A stretch of 64,000 nt of DNA from Bacillota bacterium (GCA_963666425.2 OY762825.2:768001-832000), one strand, 5' to 3'; shown: positions 48,428 through 59,030, numbered from the stretch's first letter. Program-made: numbers and translations. The notes: generated by a model not told the origin, from the sequence alone.

Positions 48428-50320
48428 TTAATTTTTGACTAATTCAATTTCTGAAAGCACAACCGAGCCGTCTAGTCCGCTGGTGCCGATCGCGTAAACT
48501 TTCGTTGCACCGGTCTGGTCGATAAAACTAATCGCTCTTGTTGGTAAAACCCCGGGGAAACTCACCCAGACTACCAGAGGGAGATCTTTAGTAAAGTTTG
48601 GTATGAGATAGAGCGCCTTGTTTTCGATGAAACGCAGCGTGTTGGTATCTGCTTCGTTGAAACTGATGTCCAGAAATTTAAAATTCGTCAAGGCAGTGTT
48701 CGCGGTGATCAGGATCCTCTGGGCGTAATCATCCTGAGGCACTCCGAATTCGTTGTAAGATTCGTATTGGCTTAAAAGTTCCTCCGTGGCATAGTCAGCA
48801 AAAACGACGCGATCGGCCTCAAGATATTTTTGATACAATTTCATAGTCGCTGCAGTGTAGGCATTGCCATATTGCTCCAGCATGATCGCCGTACCGTACT
48901 CTTGCGTGATGATTTCTGTATTCGTGACGCAGATATGCCGCCACTCCGCTGCTTCAGAACCATGGTAGAGCAGCAGGTAAGGCTGACCAACGCTGCTTGC
49001 TTCGGTAAGCCATTTCTCGCCAGCAATCTCCTGAACATTCATACCGCCAACCAAAACGCTGTCAACATCACCCGCCGTAAGCAGACGATATTCCAGCCTG
49101 TACAAGTTCAAACTATAGTTCTGTGATGCCGTGCCGGTGTTCATCTGCGTCAGCCCGTTGATTTTGGCTGCCGTAATCGAAACCCCCGGAGCAATTTCAG
49201 ACCACGCCGCACGATCAGACTCAATCTGCTGCCAAACGTATTGTTTTGCATCCGTTCTGACAGCTTCCGGAATGCTGTCATCCACTTCGACTACGATTGC
49301 CGCCGCATCAGCGATCCATGGCAGCGCTTTCTCTTTTGCTCCCGTAAAGGTGCAGTAGACGGCGACAGCGGCGATGACTAAAACGGTGACCAGGGTGTAG
49401 ATGGCCATTTTCGGCTTTTTAGCAATCCGAGTGATCCGCTCCTTGATGCTCTGGGGGCTGCTCGTCATGGTGGTAGCCGTCACTAAAAAAGCTGCGCGTT
49501 TTTTGCAGGTCATATCGATCAGCGTACGACCGTATTCGGCACGGGCAGCTTCGCCGATGCGCTTGATGGTGCCTTCATCACAAGCCAGTTCCGCGTCCTG
49601 GCGCGAAAGCCTTGCCGCCCACCAGACAAATGGGTTATACCAATGCAAAGCAAGACTAATGCCGCGTAAGGCAGCCCAAACATGATCCCCATGATAGAAA
49701 TGGGTCGTCTCATGAGCCACACTATGCCGAAACAGAATCGCGTTTTCAGCGGCTTCGGGTGTAAGATAAATTGCCGGAGCGAAAAGGCCAAACAGACAGG
49801 GCGTCTCAACTACTGCGGTAACATAGATGGGCAGGCGTGCGTCCTGGCTGGGTAAAGGTCGGCGCGTCCTGCGTAAACGAATGGCAAAGCGTCCGTTCGC
49901 AACAGCGAAAACAACAAAAAAGAGTGCCGTACCGCCGAACCAGATCGGTCTCAGCAGTTTGCGTAAGACCAGTAATGTTTCCAGACGCGTATATTCTTCC
50001 GCTGTTCTATTTTTCGCAATGACAGTTGGGAAATTTCGCAGGAGATCCGCCGGGAAATAACCTGCTACGCTGCCATCGGGCTGATGCTCTATTTGTTCTA
50101 CCACACTGATGCTTTCTGCATCCTGCACGACAAGCATCTTTTCCACTGCGTTCATCACGCTCAAGCTGCTGTTCCAGAGGCTGAACGGGACGAGCAGCCG
50201 CAGGAGTACAAGTCCCCAGAGAGCGTATTGCAGCCGCAGACTAATTTTACCTTTTAAAAGAGAGCGCAGCAGGATGATCAGCGCAATCAAAATGCACGAG
50301 GTCAGAATCCATTCAATCAT
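48428..50320 (-). CDS. M56 family metallopeptidase (BlaR1/MecR1-like sensor)
   Basis: YALW..V.LRL, TPCLFG..P.IYL, HETTH, LHWYNP, ELACD. Confidence 0.88.
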   Translation of the reverse strand: MIEWILTSCILIALIILLRSLLKGKISLRLQYALWGLVLLRLLVPFSLWNSSLSVMNAVEKMLVVQDAESISVVEQIEHQPDGSVAGYFPADLLRNFPTVIAKNRTAEEYTRLETLLVLRKLLRPIWFGGTALFFVVFAVANGRFAIRLRRTRRPLPSQDARLPIYVTAVVETPCLFGLFAPAIYLTPEAAENAILFRHSVAHETTHFYHGDHVWAALRGISLALHWYNPFVWWAARLSRQDAELACDEGTIKRIGEAARAEYGRTLIDMTCKKRAAFLVTATTMTSSPQSIKERITRIAKKPKMAIYTLVTVLVIAAVAVYCTFTGAKEKALPWIADAAAIVVEVDDSIPEAVRTDAKQYVWQQIESDRAAWSEIAPGVSITAAKINGLTQMNTGTASQNYSLNLYRLEYRLLTAGDVDSVLVGGMNVQEIAGEKWLTEASSVGQPYLLLYHGSEAAEWRHICVTNTEIITQEYGTAIMLEQYGNAYTAATMKLYQKYLEADRVVFADYATEELLSQYESYNEFGVPQDDYAQRILITANTALTNFKFLDISFNEADTNTLRFIENKALYLIPNFTKDLPLVVWVSFPGVLPTRAISFIDQTGATKVYAIGTSGLDGSVVLSEIELVKN

Positions 50321-50706
50321 CTCTGTTCATCTCCCTCCATTTTTCGTAAAATTGCATACAATTCGTCAATCTCTTCCTGCGGCAGCGCCTGCTTTTTGGT
50401 CAGCGAACTGACCAAAAGGCTAAGGCTGCCCTGATAAACGCGGCCAATAAAATCTTCGGTTTCCTGCCGAACGGCATCCTCTCTACGAATGAGCGGTCGA
50501 AAAGATTTCATACCGCCTTCGCTGCTGCTGAAAACCGCTCCTTTTGTTTCCATGCGGCGCAGCAATGTTAGGGTTGTGCTGCGATTCCACCCCATGCGCT
50601 CCTGCAGCCACTCCGTTGCTTCGCGGCCTGTCCTGGGTGCTTTTTGCCATAGACATTCCATGACACTCCATTCAGCCGATGTCAGGTTTAATTTCTGACT
50701 ACTCAT
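50317..50706 (-). CDS. BlaI/MecI/CopY family repressor
   Basis: AEWSVMECLW, WNRSTTLTLL.RM..KG; overlaps M56 start. Confidence 0.9.
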   Translation of the reverse strand: MSSQKLNLTSAEWSVMECLWQKAPRTGREATEWLQERMGWNRSTTLTLLRRMETKGAVFSSSEGGMKSFRPLIRREDAVRQETEDFIGRVYQGSLSLLVSSLTKKQALPQEEIDELYAILRKMEGDEQR

Positions 50707-50723
50707 CGAATCACACTCCTCAT

Positions 50724-50773
50724 TGTTTACGCCTGTAAACACAGTATAGTCTGCTTGTTTACAATTGTCAACA
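50724..50773. promoter_or_regulatory. Two BlaI-type operators overlapping blaI promoter
   Basis: TGTTTAC-GCCT-GTAAACA (50724-41), TGTTTAC-AATT-GTCAACA (50756-73); minus-strand TTGACA-17-TATACT. Confidence 0.75.
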
Positions 50774-50817
50774 AGGAAAGCAGAAATTTCATGAAATTTG
50801 TTTCTGATTTCAAGAGT

Positions 50818-51657
50818 CTATCGATCTTTGCTTGGCTGTCTGGTTTTCTTTTTGGATATACATAAAAGATGTGTGGATAAACCCAGGATGCTTTCTTCTT
50901 TTTCGCACAAGCGGACAATTCTCATGATACTCTCGCGTTTTTTTTCCTGCTGCCAAGCTGCATCTAAATTCGGAATCAACCAGCAGGGGCCGATGATGCC
51001 GCGAAGATCGGCATCGTAAAAACCGGCAGCTTCTATTTCGTTCTTCAACTCCTGCGGCTGATGGAAGTAAGAAAGGCCCATTGGGTTTTTGGTATGCAAA
51101 CCCGTTTTTACTTCTGTTTCCAGCATAGTATAAAACTCCGGCTCGTCCAGTAGCGCGTTCTGATCGTAGGTTCTGACATATTTTAAGGTAGTTGCATAAC
51201 AGGTAATGGCAGCTGCAAATAAGAGTCCCCCCGGTTTTAACAAACGGCCACACTCCTGCAGGCAAAGCTGTCTCTCTGCTTTTTCGACAATATGATAAAG
51301 CGGTCCGAAGAGCAATATGGCATCGGCGCTCTCAGCGGGACGCGGAATGCTGCGGGCGTCAGCAACCTCTGCCGCTTTCAGGGTAAGTCCGCACGTCTGA
51401 CCAAGCTCGTCTGACATTTCAATGTTCTTTTCTGCTATGTCGTATAAATAAACCTCATATCCGAGTGCGGTAAGGTAATACGAATACTCACCGTAACCGC
51501 CTCCGACGTCATAAATTACAGCAGGAGCCGGCGGCAGCTGCTGCAGGAGTATTTCCTTAGTCCTCTCAAACTCAATCAAGCCGAGTCCGTTCTGCAGCCT
51601 GCCCTTTTCTTTTCCGGTGTTGTAACCGGCGAGAACATCATGATCAATTGATTTCAT
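50818..51657 (-). CDS. Class I SAM-dependent methyltransferase
   Basis: IYDVGGGYG, GPLYH, LKPGG. Confidence 0.85.
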   Translation of the reverse strand: MKSIDHDVLAGYNTGKEKGRLQNGLGLIEFERTKEILLQQLPPAPAVIYDVGGGYGEYSYYLTALGYEVYLYDIAEKNIEMSDELGQTCGLTLKAAEVADARSIPRPAESADAILLFGPLYHIVEKAERQLCLQECGRLLKPGGLLFAAAITCYATTLKYVRTYDQNALLDEPEFYTMLETEVKTGLHTKNPMGLSYFHQPQELKNEIEAAGFYDADLRGIIGPCWLIPNLDAAWQQEKKRESIMRIVRLCEKEESILGLSTHLLCISKKKTRQPSKDR

Positions 51658-51685
51658 CCTATTTCCTCCCTTGTGTTGAATAAGT

Positions 51686-51722
51686 AAAACGGCTGAAGGC
51701 TATTTGAGCCTTCAGCCGTTTT
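51686..51722 (-). terminator. Terminator-like hairpin in the methyltransferase leader
   Basis: AAAACGGCTGAAGGCT...AGCCTTCAGCCGTTTT, 16-bp stem. Confidence 0.7.
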
Positions 51723-51760
51723 GTTCGAAGCTGTTTTCTAGTTAAAAACAGTCATGGGCA

Positions 51761-51838
51761 TCACAGCAAAAACTCGTCGCCTTGCAGGTCTGCGAGTTGT
51801 GCTTGTTGCTGGTTAGTGCGTACTCTGTCGTTGGTCAT
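51761..51838 (-). CDS. Putative 25-aa leader peptide
   Basis: AAGGAGG RBS, MTNDRVRTNQQQAQLADLQGDEFLL*, between promoter (TTGACA at 51895-51900) and hairpin. Confidence 0.5.
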   Translation of the reverse strand: MTNDRVRTNQQQAQLADLQGDEFLL

Positions 51839-52213
51839 AATGAGTTTTTGCCTCCTTTGCTTATTTTACTTAAACTACCATATTCAAATCAAAGTGTCAA
51901 TACAGAATATACAAAATCAGACAATCCATCATTCTACTCCTGAAAAACGCTCATACTTTTTTAAAGAAGAAATGATTAAGAATTCTTATCCGTACAATTG
52001 ACGTCGATAAATCGATTCTCTTTCAGCTCACCCTGCTGCACGAATTGACTTATTCCTGATTTTGTTGTATGATAAAAATAAAACGTGTGGTTTTCAGTTG
52101 GTACAACAAACTGCCGGCTAAACCTGATTTTTAGGGTGGAGTACTTCGAAAGGGAGTTTCTGCTCTTTCATTTTAGGCGAGAACAATCGATGAACGAAAG
52201 GAGTCAGATTAAT

Positions 52214-52732
52214 GTGAACACCGTTGTTTACGCAAGCTTAACCAATCTTTGGGGAGAGCTTGGCACGCTGCAGATCGTTCTGTTCCTGCTCGGATTGGTT
52301 TTACTGGTTGTGGAGATGTTCATACCCGGATTCGGCATTGCCGGAGGCTGCGGCATCCTGCTTTTAATTGTTGGCATCCTGATGACGGCGCAAACCCCGC
52401 TTCAGGCGGTTGTAATGATCCTCATACTGCTTTTATTGCTGTCACTGCTTCTTTTTGTGATCATGCATTCAGCCAAAAAAGGAAAATTATCGAAGAAACT
52501 GATTCTTAAATCAGCCTCAAAGCGTGAAGATGGCTACAGCAGCACGAGTGACCATACCGCTTTGCTTGGCAAGGAGGGAATTGCTCTTTCGCTTCTTCGT
52601 CCGGCAGGTATCGGCGAATTTGAGGGGCAGCGTCTCGATGTGGTTTCCGAAGGGCTGTTTCTTGAGCCGGGGACGAAAATCAGGATCGTCGAAACGGCAG
52701 GAAGACGCATTGTTGTGAAACCGATCGAATAA
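52214..52732 (+). CDS. NfeD-like membrane protein
   Basis: E.FIPGFGI.G, LRPAG, DVVSEG; precedes floA. Confidence 0.85.
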   Translation: MNTVVYASLTNLWGELGTLQIVLFLLGLVLLVVEMFIPGFGIAGGCGILLLIVGILMTAQTPLQAVVMILILLLLLSLLLFVIMHSAKKGKLSKKLILKSASKREDGYSSTSDHTALLGKEGIALSLLRPAGIGEFEGQRLDVVSEGLFLEPGTKIRIVETAGRRIVVKPIE

Positions 52733-52774
52733 ACGGTCAGTCCCGAGGGGACTAGAATGAAAGGAAGGGTTTTC

Positions 52775-53770
52775 ATGGGAATTGAAGTGATTGGTTATCT
52801 GGTGGTTCTTGCGGCTGTTCTCACTGTATTATCATTGTTTTTCAGTTTTGTGCCGGTAGGGCTCTGGATTTCCGCGGCGGCTTCCGGTGTCAAAATCGGT
52901 ATTTTCAATCTGATTGGCATGCGGCTGCGCCGAGTTGCGCCAATTAAGGTTGTGAATCCATTGATCAAGGCGGTCAAAGCCGGCCTCGAACTGAATATCA
53001 ATCAACTGGAAGCGCATTATTTAGCCGGTGGGAACGTCGACAGAGTGGTCAATGCGTTAATTGCCGCACAGCGTGCGGAAATTCCTTTGCAATTTGAACG
53101 TGCAGCCGCGATTGATCTGGCAGGCCGCGATGTCTTGGAAGCAGTTCAGATGAGCGTGAATCCCAAGGTAATTGAAACCCCATTGGTAGCGGCCATTGCG
53201 AAAGACGGTATTGAACTGAAGGCCAAAGCCAGAGTCACCGTGCGGGCAAATATCGATCGGCTGGTTGGCGGTGCCGGCGAACAAACGATTATCGCACGGG
53301 TTGGGGAAGGTATCGTCACCACGATCGGTTCCTCAAATACACACAAAGATGTGCTGGAAAACCCCGACCGTATCTCACAAACAGTTTTGAGCAAAGGTTT
53401 AGACAGCGGCACGGCCTTTGAAATTCTTTCCATTGATATCGCTGACGTTGATGTCGGCCGCAATATCGGAGCCCAATTGCAAACCGATCAGGCTGAAGCC
53501 GATAAGCGCATCGCACAAGCCAAAGCAGAAGAGCGACGGGCCATGGCTGTTGCGCGTGAACAGGAAATGAAAGCAGCCGTTGTAGAGATGCGCGCTAAAG
53601 TGGTCGAGGCGGAAGCCGAGGTTCCCAGAGCGATGGCGCAGGCTTTGCGCGAAGGCAAACTGGGTGTCATGGATTACTATAACATGCAGAATCTCATTTC
53701 CGATACTCAGATGAGAGGTTCCATTGCGAATACCGGTAAAGCGGAGGATTCTTCGCCGCTTGTGAAATAA
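52775..53770 (+). CDS. floA: Flotillin-like protein FloA (YqfA)
   Basis: [44 protein letters not shown]. Confidence 0.93.
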   Translation: MGIEVIGYLVVLAAVLTVLSLFFSFVPVGLWISAAASGVKIGIFNLIGMRLRRVAPIKVVNPLIKAVKAGLELNINQLEAHYLAGGNVDRVVNALIAAQRAEIPLQFERAAAIDLAGRDVLEAVQMSVNPKVIETPLVAAIAKDGIELKAKARVTVRANIDRLVGGAGEQTIIARVGEGIVTTIGSSNTHKDVLENPDRISQTVLSKGLDSGTAFEILSIDIADVDVGRNIGAQLQTDQAEADKRIAQAKAEERRAMAVAREQEMKAAVVEMRAKVVEAEAEVPRAMAQALREGKLGVMDYYNMQNLISDTQMRGSIANTGKAEDSSPLVK

Positions 53771-53808
53771 ATTAGTTATGGGCTAAGAATTGAGGTGGCA
53801 GCTAATTT

Positions 53809-54150
53809 ATGAGTCTATTGAATAATCTCATACTAGAACTTCTTTATAGTAAAAACCCAGATCATTATGATGATTCCACTGCCGAGAAGGTTTTGCAGCC
53901 CAGGCGCAGCGAGCTGCGTCTCACAGCCGCTGAAACGGTTGAGACTTTTCCATCTGACGCCCCGGAAACAACAGCCATAACAGCAGACTCTGTGGACAAC
54001 AATAACAGAGCAGAAGCTGCGGCGCCAACCGATGAGCATAACCAATTGCCTTTCCAATTGACACAACAGCAATTGGTTCAGGGGATCATTCTGGCAGAAA
54101 TCCTGGGGAAACCGGTTTCTAAAAGGCATGGTTTTCGGCGTAATCCTTAG
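53809..54150 (+). CDS. Hypothetical protein (YqfB-like position)
   Basis: GAGGTG RBS; C-terminal L.QGIILAEILGKP motif. Confidence 0.6.
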   Translation: MSLLNNLILELLYSKNPDHYDDSTAEKVLQPRRSELRLTAAETVETFPSDAPETTAITADSVDNNNRAEAAAPTDEHNQLPFQLTQQQLVQGIILAEILGKPVSKRHGFRRNP

Positions 54151-54531
54151 GTAATTTTAAGAGAAAATCCAGCATCGAGGCGTTCGCATGAATTCGCTGC
54201 TGACGTCTCTAGCCGTAGCAGTTCAAACCGCCGCGGACTGCGCAGCAGATCACCCCTTGCCACTCAGCAAATCGAAAAAACAGCAATAACCCAGAAACCA
54301 TCTCCTTTCGGGAGAAGGTTTGGATTATTGCTGTTTATAGTAATATATGTAAAATAATAAACAAGCTTTCGCCGTAAATTGCAGTATGATTGATACAACC
54401 GGGCCAAAGGGCAGCTATTACGGCAAATTGCTCTTGAAACAGGCATGAAAGCAAAAAGGTTGGGAACCCAATCATTTGAACGATTGGGCTTGAAATGGTG
54501 ATAGATGCTTACAATTGGAGGATAAAAACAA

Positions 54532-55644
54532 ATGAATGATACCCTTTCATTTGATACATTAGCGCAAGTATTATTGAAAAAGTACGACAAAAAGATGCTT
54601 TTCTCCGACTGTCAAACAATCCAACTGCATGGAGGAACGTTGGGAGATGTGAAGCTGATTACGGGCACAGCCAAAGCAGCAGACGGGACGGAAGAACCGT
54701 TCTCTCTTGTTTGGAAGAAACAAAAGAAATGGGAACGTCTTGGCGATCCGCAGTCCTGGCGGCGGGAATATGACCTTTATAGTTGCGGGTTCAGCAAAGC
54801 TTTCTCCAAAAGCTTCCGTATACCCGAATGCTACCATGCAGAAATAAACGCTGATGAAATGCAGCTTTGGCTGGAGTATATCGATGGATTGTCGGGCACA
54901 GACCTGACAAACGAAATGCTCGAACAAGCGGCGCAGGAGCTTGGTTCTTTTCAGGGAAGAATATCCAGGCAGCACAATGATTTCAAAGCGATCTCTTGTT
55001 TCGGCGATACAGGGTTTTTAGCCAGGGAATTTAATCAATGGCATACTCAAGCCTACACCTATGATTATCTCCTATCAGAGACTTGCCGTTTACCGATCAT
55101 CATCAAACAAATGCTCAAAGACGGCGCTATTCAGCTGACAGAAGGCAAATCGTTTGCATACAGCGCTCTTCGTTCAGAGTGCTGTGAGATACCTTCGCAC
55201 CTGAAACAAATGATAATCGATATTGACGAGAACAGAAATAAGGTGTTTGCGGAGTTGGAGTCACTGCCGGTCGTCTTGTGTCATCGGGATTTTTGGCTAG
55301 AGAACATATTTTCATCAGACGGGAGCATTGTGCTGATCGACTGGGATGGGGCGGGTTTTGGTTATTTGGGAGAAGATATAGCAAGCCTGATCGTGGACGA
55401 TACGGAAACTGAAAACCTGCATCCCTATTTCCGCAGGCTGATTCCGGCTTATTGCAAGGGTATTTCGCAGTATCTGGATATTCCACTTGCAATGAATAAG
55501 GTTATCTGGCAAATGATCGTGATTAAATTTGGCTACCGGATCGTGCAGAAATATCTGTTTGTAACGTCAGACGATGCAAAAAAAGATTGCATCAACCGGC
55601 TTCAGAGAATTTATGAAATGAAGGATATACAGAAAACGAATTAG
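54532..55644 (+). CDS. APH-family phosphotransferase
   Basis: GGAGG RBS; CHRDFWLEN and LIDWD motifs. Confidence 0.8.
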   Translation: MNDTLSFDTLAQVLLKKYDKKMLFSDCQTIQLHGGTLGDVKLITGTAKAADGTEEPFSLVWKKQKKWERLGDPQSWRREYDLYSCGFSKAFSKSFRIPECYHAEINADEMQLWLEYIDGLSGTDLTNEMLEQAAQELGSFQGRISRQHNDFKAISCFGDTGFLAREFNQWHTQAYTYDYLLSETCRLPIIIKQMLKDGAIQLTEGKSFAYSALRSECCEIPSHLKQMIIDIDENRNKVFAELESLPVVLCHRDFWLENIFSSDGSIVLIDWDGAGFGYLGEDIASLIVDDTETENLHPYFRRLIPAYCKGISQYLDIPLAMNKVIWQMIVIKFGYRIVQKYLFVTSDDAKKDCINRLQRIYEMKDIQKTN

Positions 55645-55934
55645 GCTATCCCGCGGAGCAAAGAGTCCAGCAAAATATCTGCACCCCTCTCGGGTAACTT
55701 CATCCGAAATACTCAATGGGTTTTGGTCAGCGGTTTTGAGCTGAAAAATCAACCCATCCAACGATTTTGCCCATTCAGGCTAACAGATCGACAAACTTTC
55801 ATTTGACGATTGTATTTGTTTCTCTAGACGGAAGAACAATTCCCCCTCGATTGTTTCGGGTTTCATGAGAATCCGAATGTTTCGGATTACATGATTCAAA
55901 CAGAGGGACGCTGCATTGATCCAGATAAAGTGGT

Positions 55935-56573
55935 TCAGTTTTCAATGCCAGACGGCAAGCTTTGCATGAGGGCAAAGAAATATCTCGGTTCACCGGTACT
56001 AAAATACGCATACCAAGCTTCCAGTGTGTCTGCCTGAAAAACACCTAAATGCTCGATAATTTGTTTCGCCCACAACAAAGCTCCGGTGGAACTTGCAGTA
56101 ATAAGGTTGTTATCCGCTACAGAGGGCTTGTCTATATAAAAATCTTGCCCTTGATAGTCAGGAGAAACCATTTCAAGAAATCCCGGTCCATTACTAGTAT
56201 GCGGACGCTTATCCAATAACCCAACGTTGGCAAGTGCTGCGGTAGCCCCACAGATAGCGCAAACCGCTGCACCCAAAGAGAGAAATTCACTTGCTTTTTC
56301 GATGATAGTGCTATGCTTGGGGTCATTCCATGTATTTGCGCCCGGTAATAGCAGCATGCTTGTTTTACTCACAACAATATCATCAATTAGGCAATTGGGC
56401 ACTATTGTCAGTCCGCCCATTGTATTGATTGGCTCTTGAGAATAACTAACCGTTTTGAGCGATACGCGTTGCGCATCCTTTTTGAAAAATCGACCGGAAT
56501 TCAGCTCCGAAATTGCATACCCCAGTTCCCAGTCGGCTAAAGTATCTAGAAGATAAACATAGATTGTAAACAT
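55935..56573 (-). CDS. DJ-1/PfpI family (type 1 glutamine amidotransferase-like) protein
   Basis: ADWE, LPG, AICG, HTSN, LITAS. Confidence 0.88.
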   Translation of the reverse strand: MFTIYVYLLDTLADWELGYAISELNSGRFFKKDAQRVSLKTVSYSQEPINTMGGLTIVPNCLIDDIVVSKTSMLLLPGANTWNDPKHSTIIEKASEFLSLGAAVCAICGATAALANVGLLDKRPHTSNGPGFLEMVSPDYQGQDFYIDKPSVADNNLITASSTGALLWAKQIIEHLGVFQADTLEAWYAYFSTGEPRYFFALMQSLPSGIEN

Positions 56574-56623
56574 AAATTCCCTCCATTTTCATTGATTTGC
56601 TTGCTTTTAATTCTACCTTGTAA

Positions 56624-56655
56624 TTGTTGACAACAGTATGGCAACAATTTATAAT
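56624..56655 (+). promoter_or_regulatory. Promoter with overlapping palindromic operator for the WYL regulator
   Basis: TTGTTGACA-ACAGTA-TGGCAACAA overlapping TTGACA-17-TATAAT. Confidence 0.6.
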
Positions 56656-56687
56656 GATAACAAGAAATTTTGAAAGGCGACTATCAG

Positions 56688-57620
56688 ATGAAAGTTGACA
56701 GGCTTGTTAGCATTATTATGATACTCCTTGATAAAAAGCGTATTGGCGCACAGGAATTAGCAGATCTATTTGAAGTTTCACCCCGCACAATCTACCGCGA
56801 CATAGGCACGATCAATGTGGCAGGTATTCCTGTTCGCTCAACATCGGGAGTGGGTGGCGGCTTTGAAATCATGCAGAAGTATAAGATTGATAGGAAAGTT
56901 TTTTCAACTGCCGACCTTTCCGCTATCTTGATGGGCCTTTCCAGTCTTTCCAACATGGTACGAGGTGATGAACTGGTAAACGCCCTTGCGAAAGTCAAGA
57001 GCTTTATTCCTGCCGACAGAGCGAAAGACATTGAGCTCAAAGCAAATCAAATCTATGTAGATTTAAGTCCTTGGATGGGCAATAGAAACATACAACCCTA
57101 TTTAGAAATTATCAAAACAGCTTTACAGGAAAGCAAGCTGCTTTCTTTTGAATATGCAGACCGCTATGGAAATAAAACCGCACGAACAGCCGAGCCGTAT
57201 CAGCTTGTATTGAAAAGTAGTCATTGGTATTTGCAGGGGTATTGTCTCAAAAGAAATGATTATCGCTTATTCAAACTATCCCGCATATCAAACCTAAAAA
57301 TACAAGATGGAATTTTTAAGCCACGAAATTATCAAAAACCGCAGTTGGATTTTACGGATATTTTGGCAACGATGCAAACAAAAATCAAAATTCGTATTCA
57401 CAAATCCGTCATGGACAGGCTACTTGACTATTGCACTTATGAAGACTTTTCGCCAGACGGTGATGAACATTACATTGTTAATTTTCCTTTCATAGAGAAC
57501 GAATACTACTACAATATTCTTTTCGGTTTTGGGGATAAATGCGAGTGTTTAGAGCCGCTGCATATCCGCACAGAAATTAAGCGTAGAATCCATGATATAG
57601 CTGCCTTATACGAAAGTTAA
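56688..57620 (+). CDS. YafY family HTH-WYL transcriptional regulator
   Basis: FEVSPRTIYRD, G.GGG, EPY.L....HWYL, R.FKLSRI. Confidence 0.92.
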   Translation: MKVDRLVSIIMILLDKKRIGAQELADLFEVSPRTIYRDIGTINVAGIPVRSTSGVGGGFEIMQKYKIDRKVFSTADLSAILMGLSSLSNMVRGDELVNALAKVKSFIPADRAKDIELKANQIYVDLSPWMGNRNIQPYLEIIKTALQESKLLSFEYADRYGNKTARTAEPYQLVLKSSHWYLQGYCLKRNDYRLFKLSRISNLKIQDGIFKPRNYQKPQLDFTDILATMQTKIKIRIHKSVMDRLLDYCTYEDFSPDGDEHYIVNFPFIENEYYYNILFGFGDKCECLEPLHIRTEIKRRIHDIAALYES

Positions 57621-57693
57621 TCCATGGATTAAGGCGAAAAAAGCAATGTGAGGGGACTTTCTTTTTTTAGCATAAACCTAGAATGACCAACTC

Positions 57694-57722
57694 TGTGCCA
57701 ACACCCCCGTCCCCTTGGAACA
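57694..57722. repeat. Solo REP-like 29-mer
   Basis: TGTGCCAACACCCCCGTCCCCTTGGAACA, identical to 30188-30216. Confidence 0.9.
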
Positions 57723-57904
57723 CGGATGTGACTGCTTCAGGGCAATTAAGTATACGAGCAAACAAGGTTATGTATCAGGTTCACTAAATGACACATGTTT
57801 TTCCGTCTCGACTAACAAGCCGCTTTGGTTTAGAATATTTCAAAGAATAACACAACGGTTGCTGCTAAAGATTTCCGGATTAATTAGGAAAGAAGTTATG
57901 CTTT

Positions 57905-58906
57905 GTGAAAATTGAACAAAAGACCGACCTCAGCTCAATCATTTCTGAATCCATGCAAAAAAACAAGGTATTTGGTCTTGCAATGTCACTCATCTCAAAT
58001 GGCAAAGTGATTCTTACCAATACCCATGGCATCACAAACAGCATCACGCAAGAGGCGGTTCAACTCAATACTATATTTGAAGCCGCCTCCCTTACAAAAC
58101 CACTTTTTGCTTATCTTGTACTACTGCTTGGTGATAAAGGTCAGATTGATTTAGATATTCCGGTGAGTTACTACCTACCCGAATATGAAATAAGCCTTGA
58201 TTCACGATATAAGCTGATAACGCCTCGAATCATTTTGTGCCACAGTTCAGGGTTTGAAAATTGGAGCGAGAAACCGGTTAGTATTTCTTTTGACCCGGGA
58301 AGTCAGTTTCAATATTCCGGAGAGGCCTATGCCTATTTGCAGAAAGCGGTGGAAAGGGTTACCGGTAAAGATTTAGAACAACTTCTTGCAGAGAACATTT
58401 TTAAACCCATGCAAATGTGTAACAGCGCCATGGTGAGGACCTCCTCGGTAAACGAGCAGTTATCCAATACCTATGACAAAGAAGGCAAAATGGAGCAAAA
58501 ACGAAACCTCTCCAATACCAGTGGGAATAACAAACCCAATGCGGCATATTCCCTTTATACAACCATTGAAGATTATACTCAATTCATATTGAACCTCATG
58601 AATCAAAAAAACATTCCATTACAGCAAAGCAGTTTCAACGATATGATACATGCCCATAATACAATAAATAAAGAGTTGTTTTGGGGACTTGGTTGGGGGA
58701 TTTATGCAAAAGAGAGTAAGCTTCTTTGGCATTGGGGACACAAAGGGGGGTTCAAAGCCTTTGTTTGCTTGGATTTAGAGACAAAATCAGGGGTTTTAGT
58801 ATTTACAAACAGTTTTAACGGGTTACCTGTTTGTTTTGAAATCGCAAGCTGTGTTAGTGGTATAGATTTCACTCCGATTCAGGAATTCATAGTAAGAGAA
58901 CATTGA
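57905..58906 (+). CDS. Serine hydrolase (class C beta-lactamase-like fold)
   Basis: ASLTK (SxxK), HSSG, FQYSG, WHWG. Confidence 0.85.
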   Translation: MKIEQKTDLSSIISESMQKNKVFGLAMSLISNGKVILTNTHGITNSITQEAVQLNTIFEAASLTKPLFAYLVLLLGDKGQIDLDIPVSYYLPEYEISLDSRYKLITPRIILCHSSGFENWSEKPVSISFDPGSQFQYSGEAYAYLQKAVERVTGKDLEQLLAENIFKPMQMCNSAMVRTSSVNEQLSNTYDKEGKMEQKRNLSNTSGNNKPNAAYSLYTTIEDYTQFILNLMNQKNIPLQQSSFNDMIHAHNTINKELFWGLGWGIYAKESKLLWHWGHKGGFKAFVCLDLETKSGVLVFTNSFNGLPVCFEIASCVSGIDFTPIQEFIVREH

Positions 58907-58987
58907 TTCGTGCAGTTCTAGACTTCTATGATTGCTTAACTTACTCTTGGATCCAATATTAACACTTCCGGAAATAGTATAATATTA

Positions 58988-59030
58988 AAAAGCAGAGCCC
59001 TTTACTTTAACTAGGTAATGGCTCTGCTTT
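58988..59030 (+). terminator. Terminator-like hairpin
   Basis: AAAGCAGAGCC...GGCTCTGCTTTT. Confidence 0.55.

Noticed and set aside
54420-54465. c-di-GMP-I riboswitch-like GGCAAA...GAAA...GCAAA
   Set aside because: Stem pairing and the downstream P2 motif are not convincing
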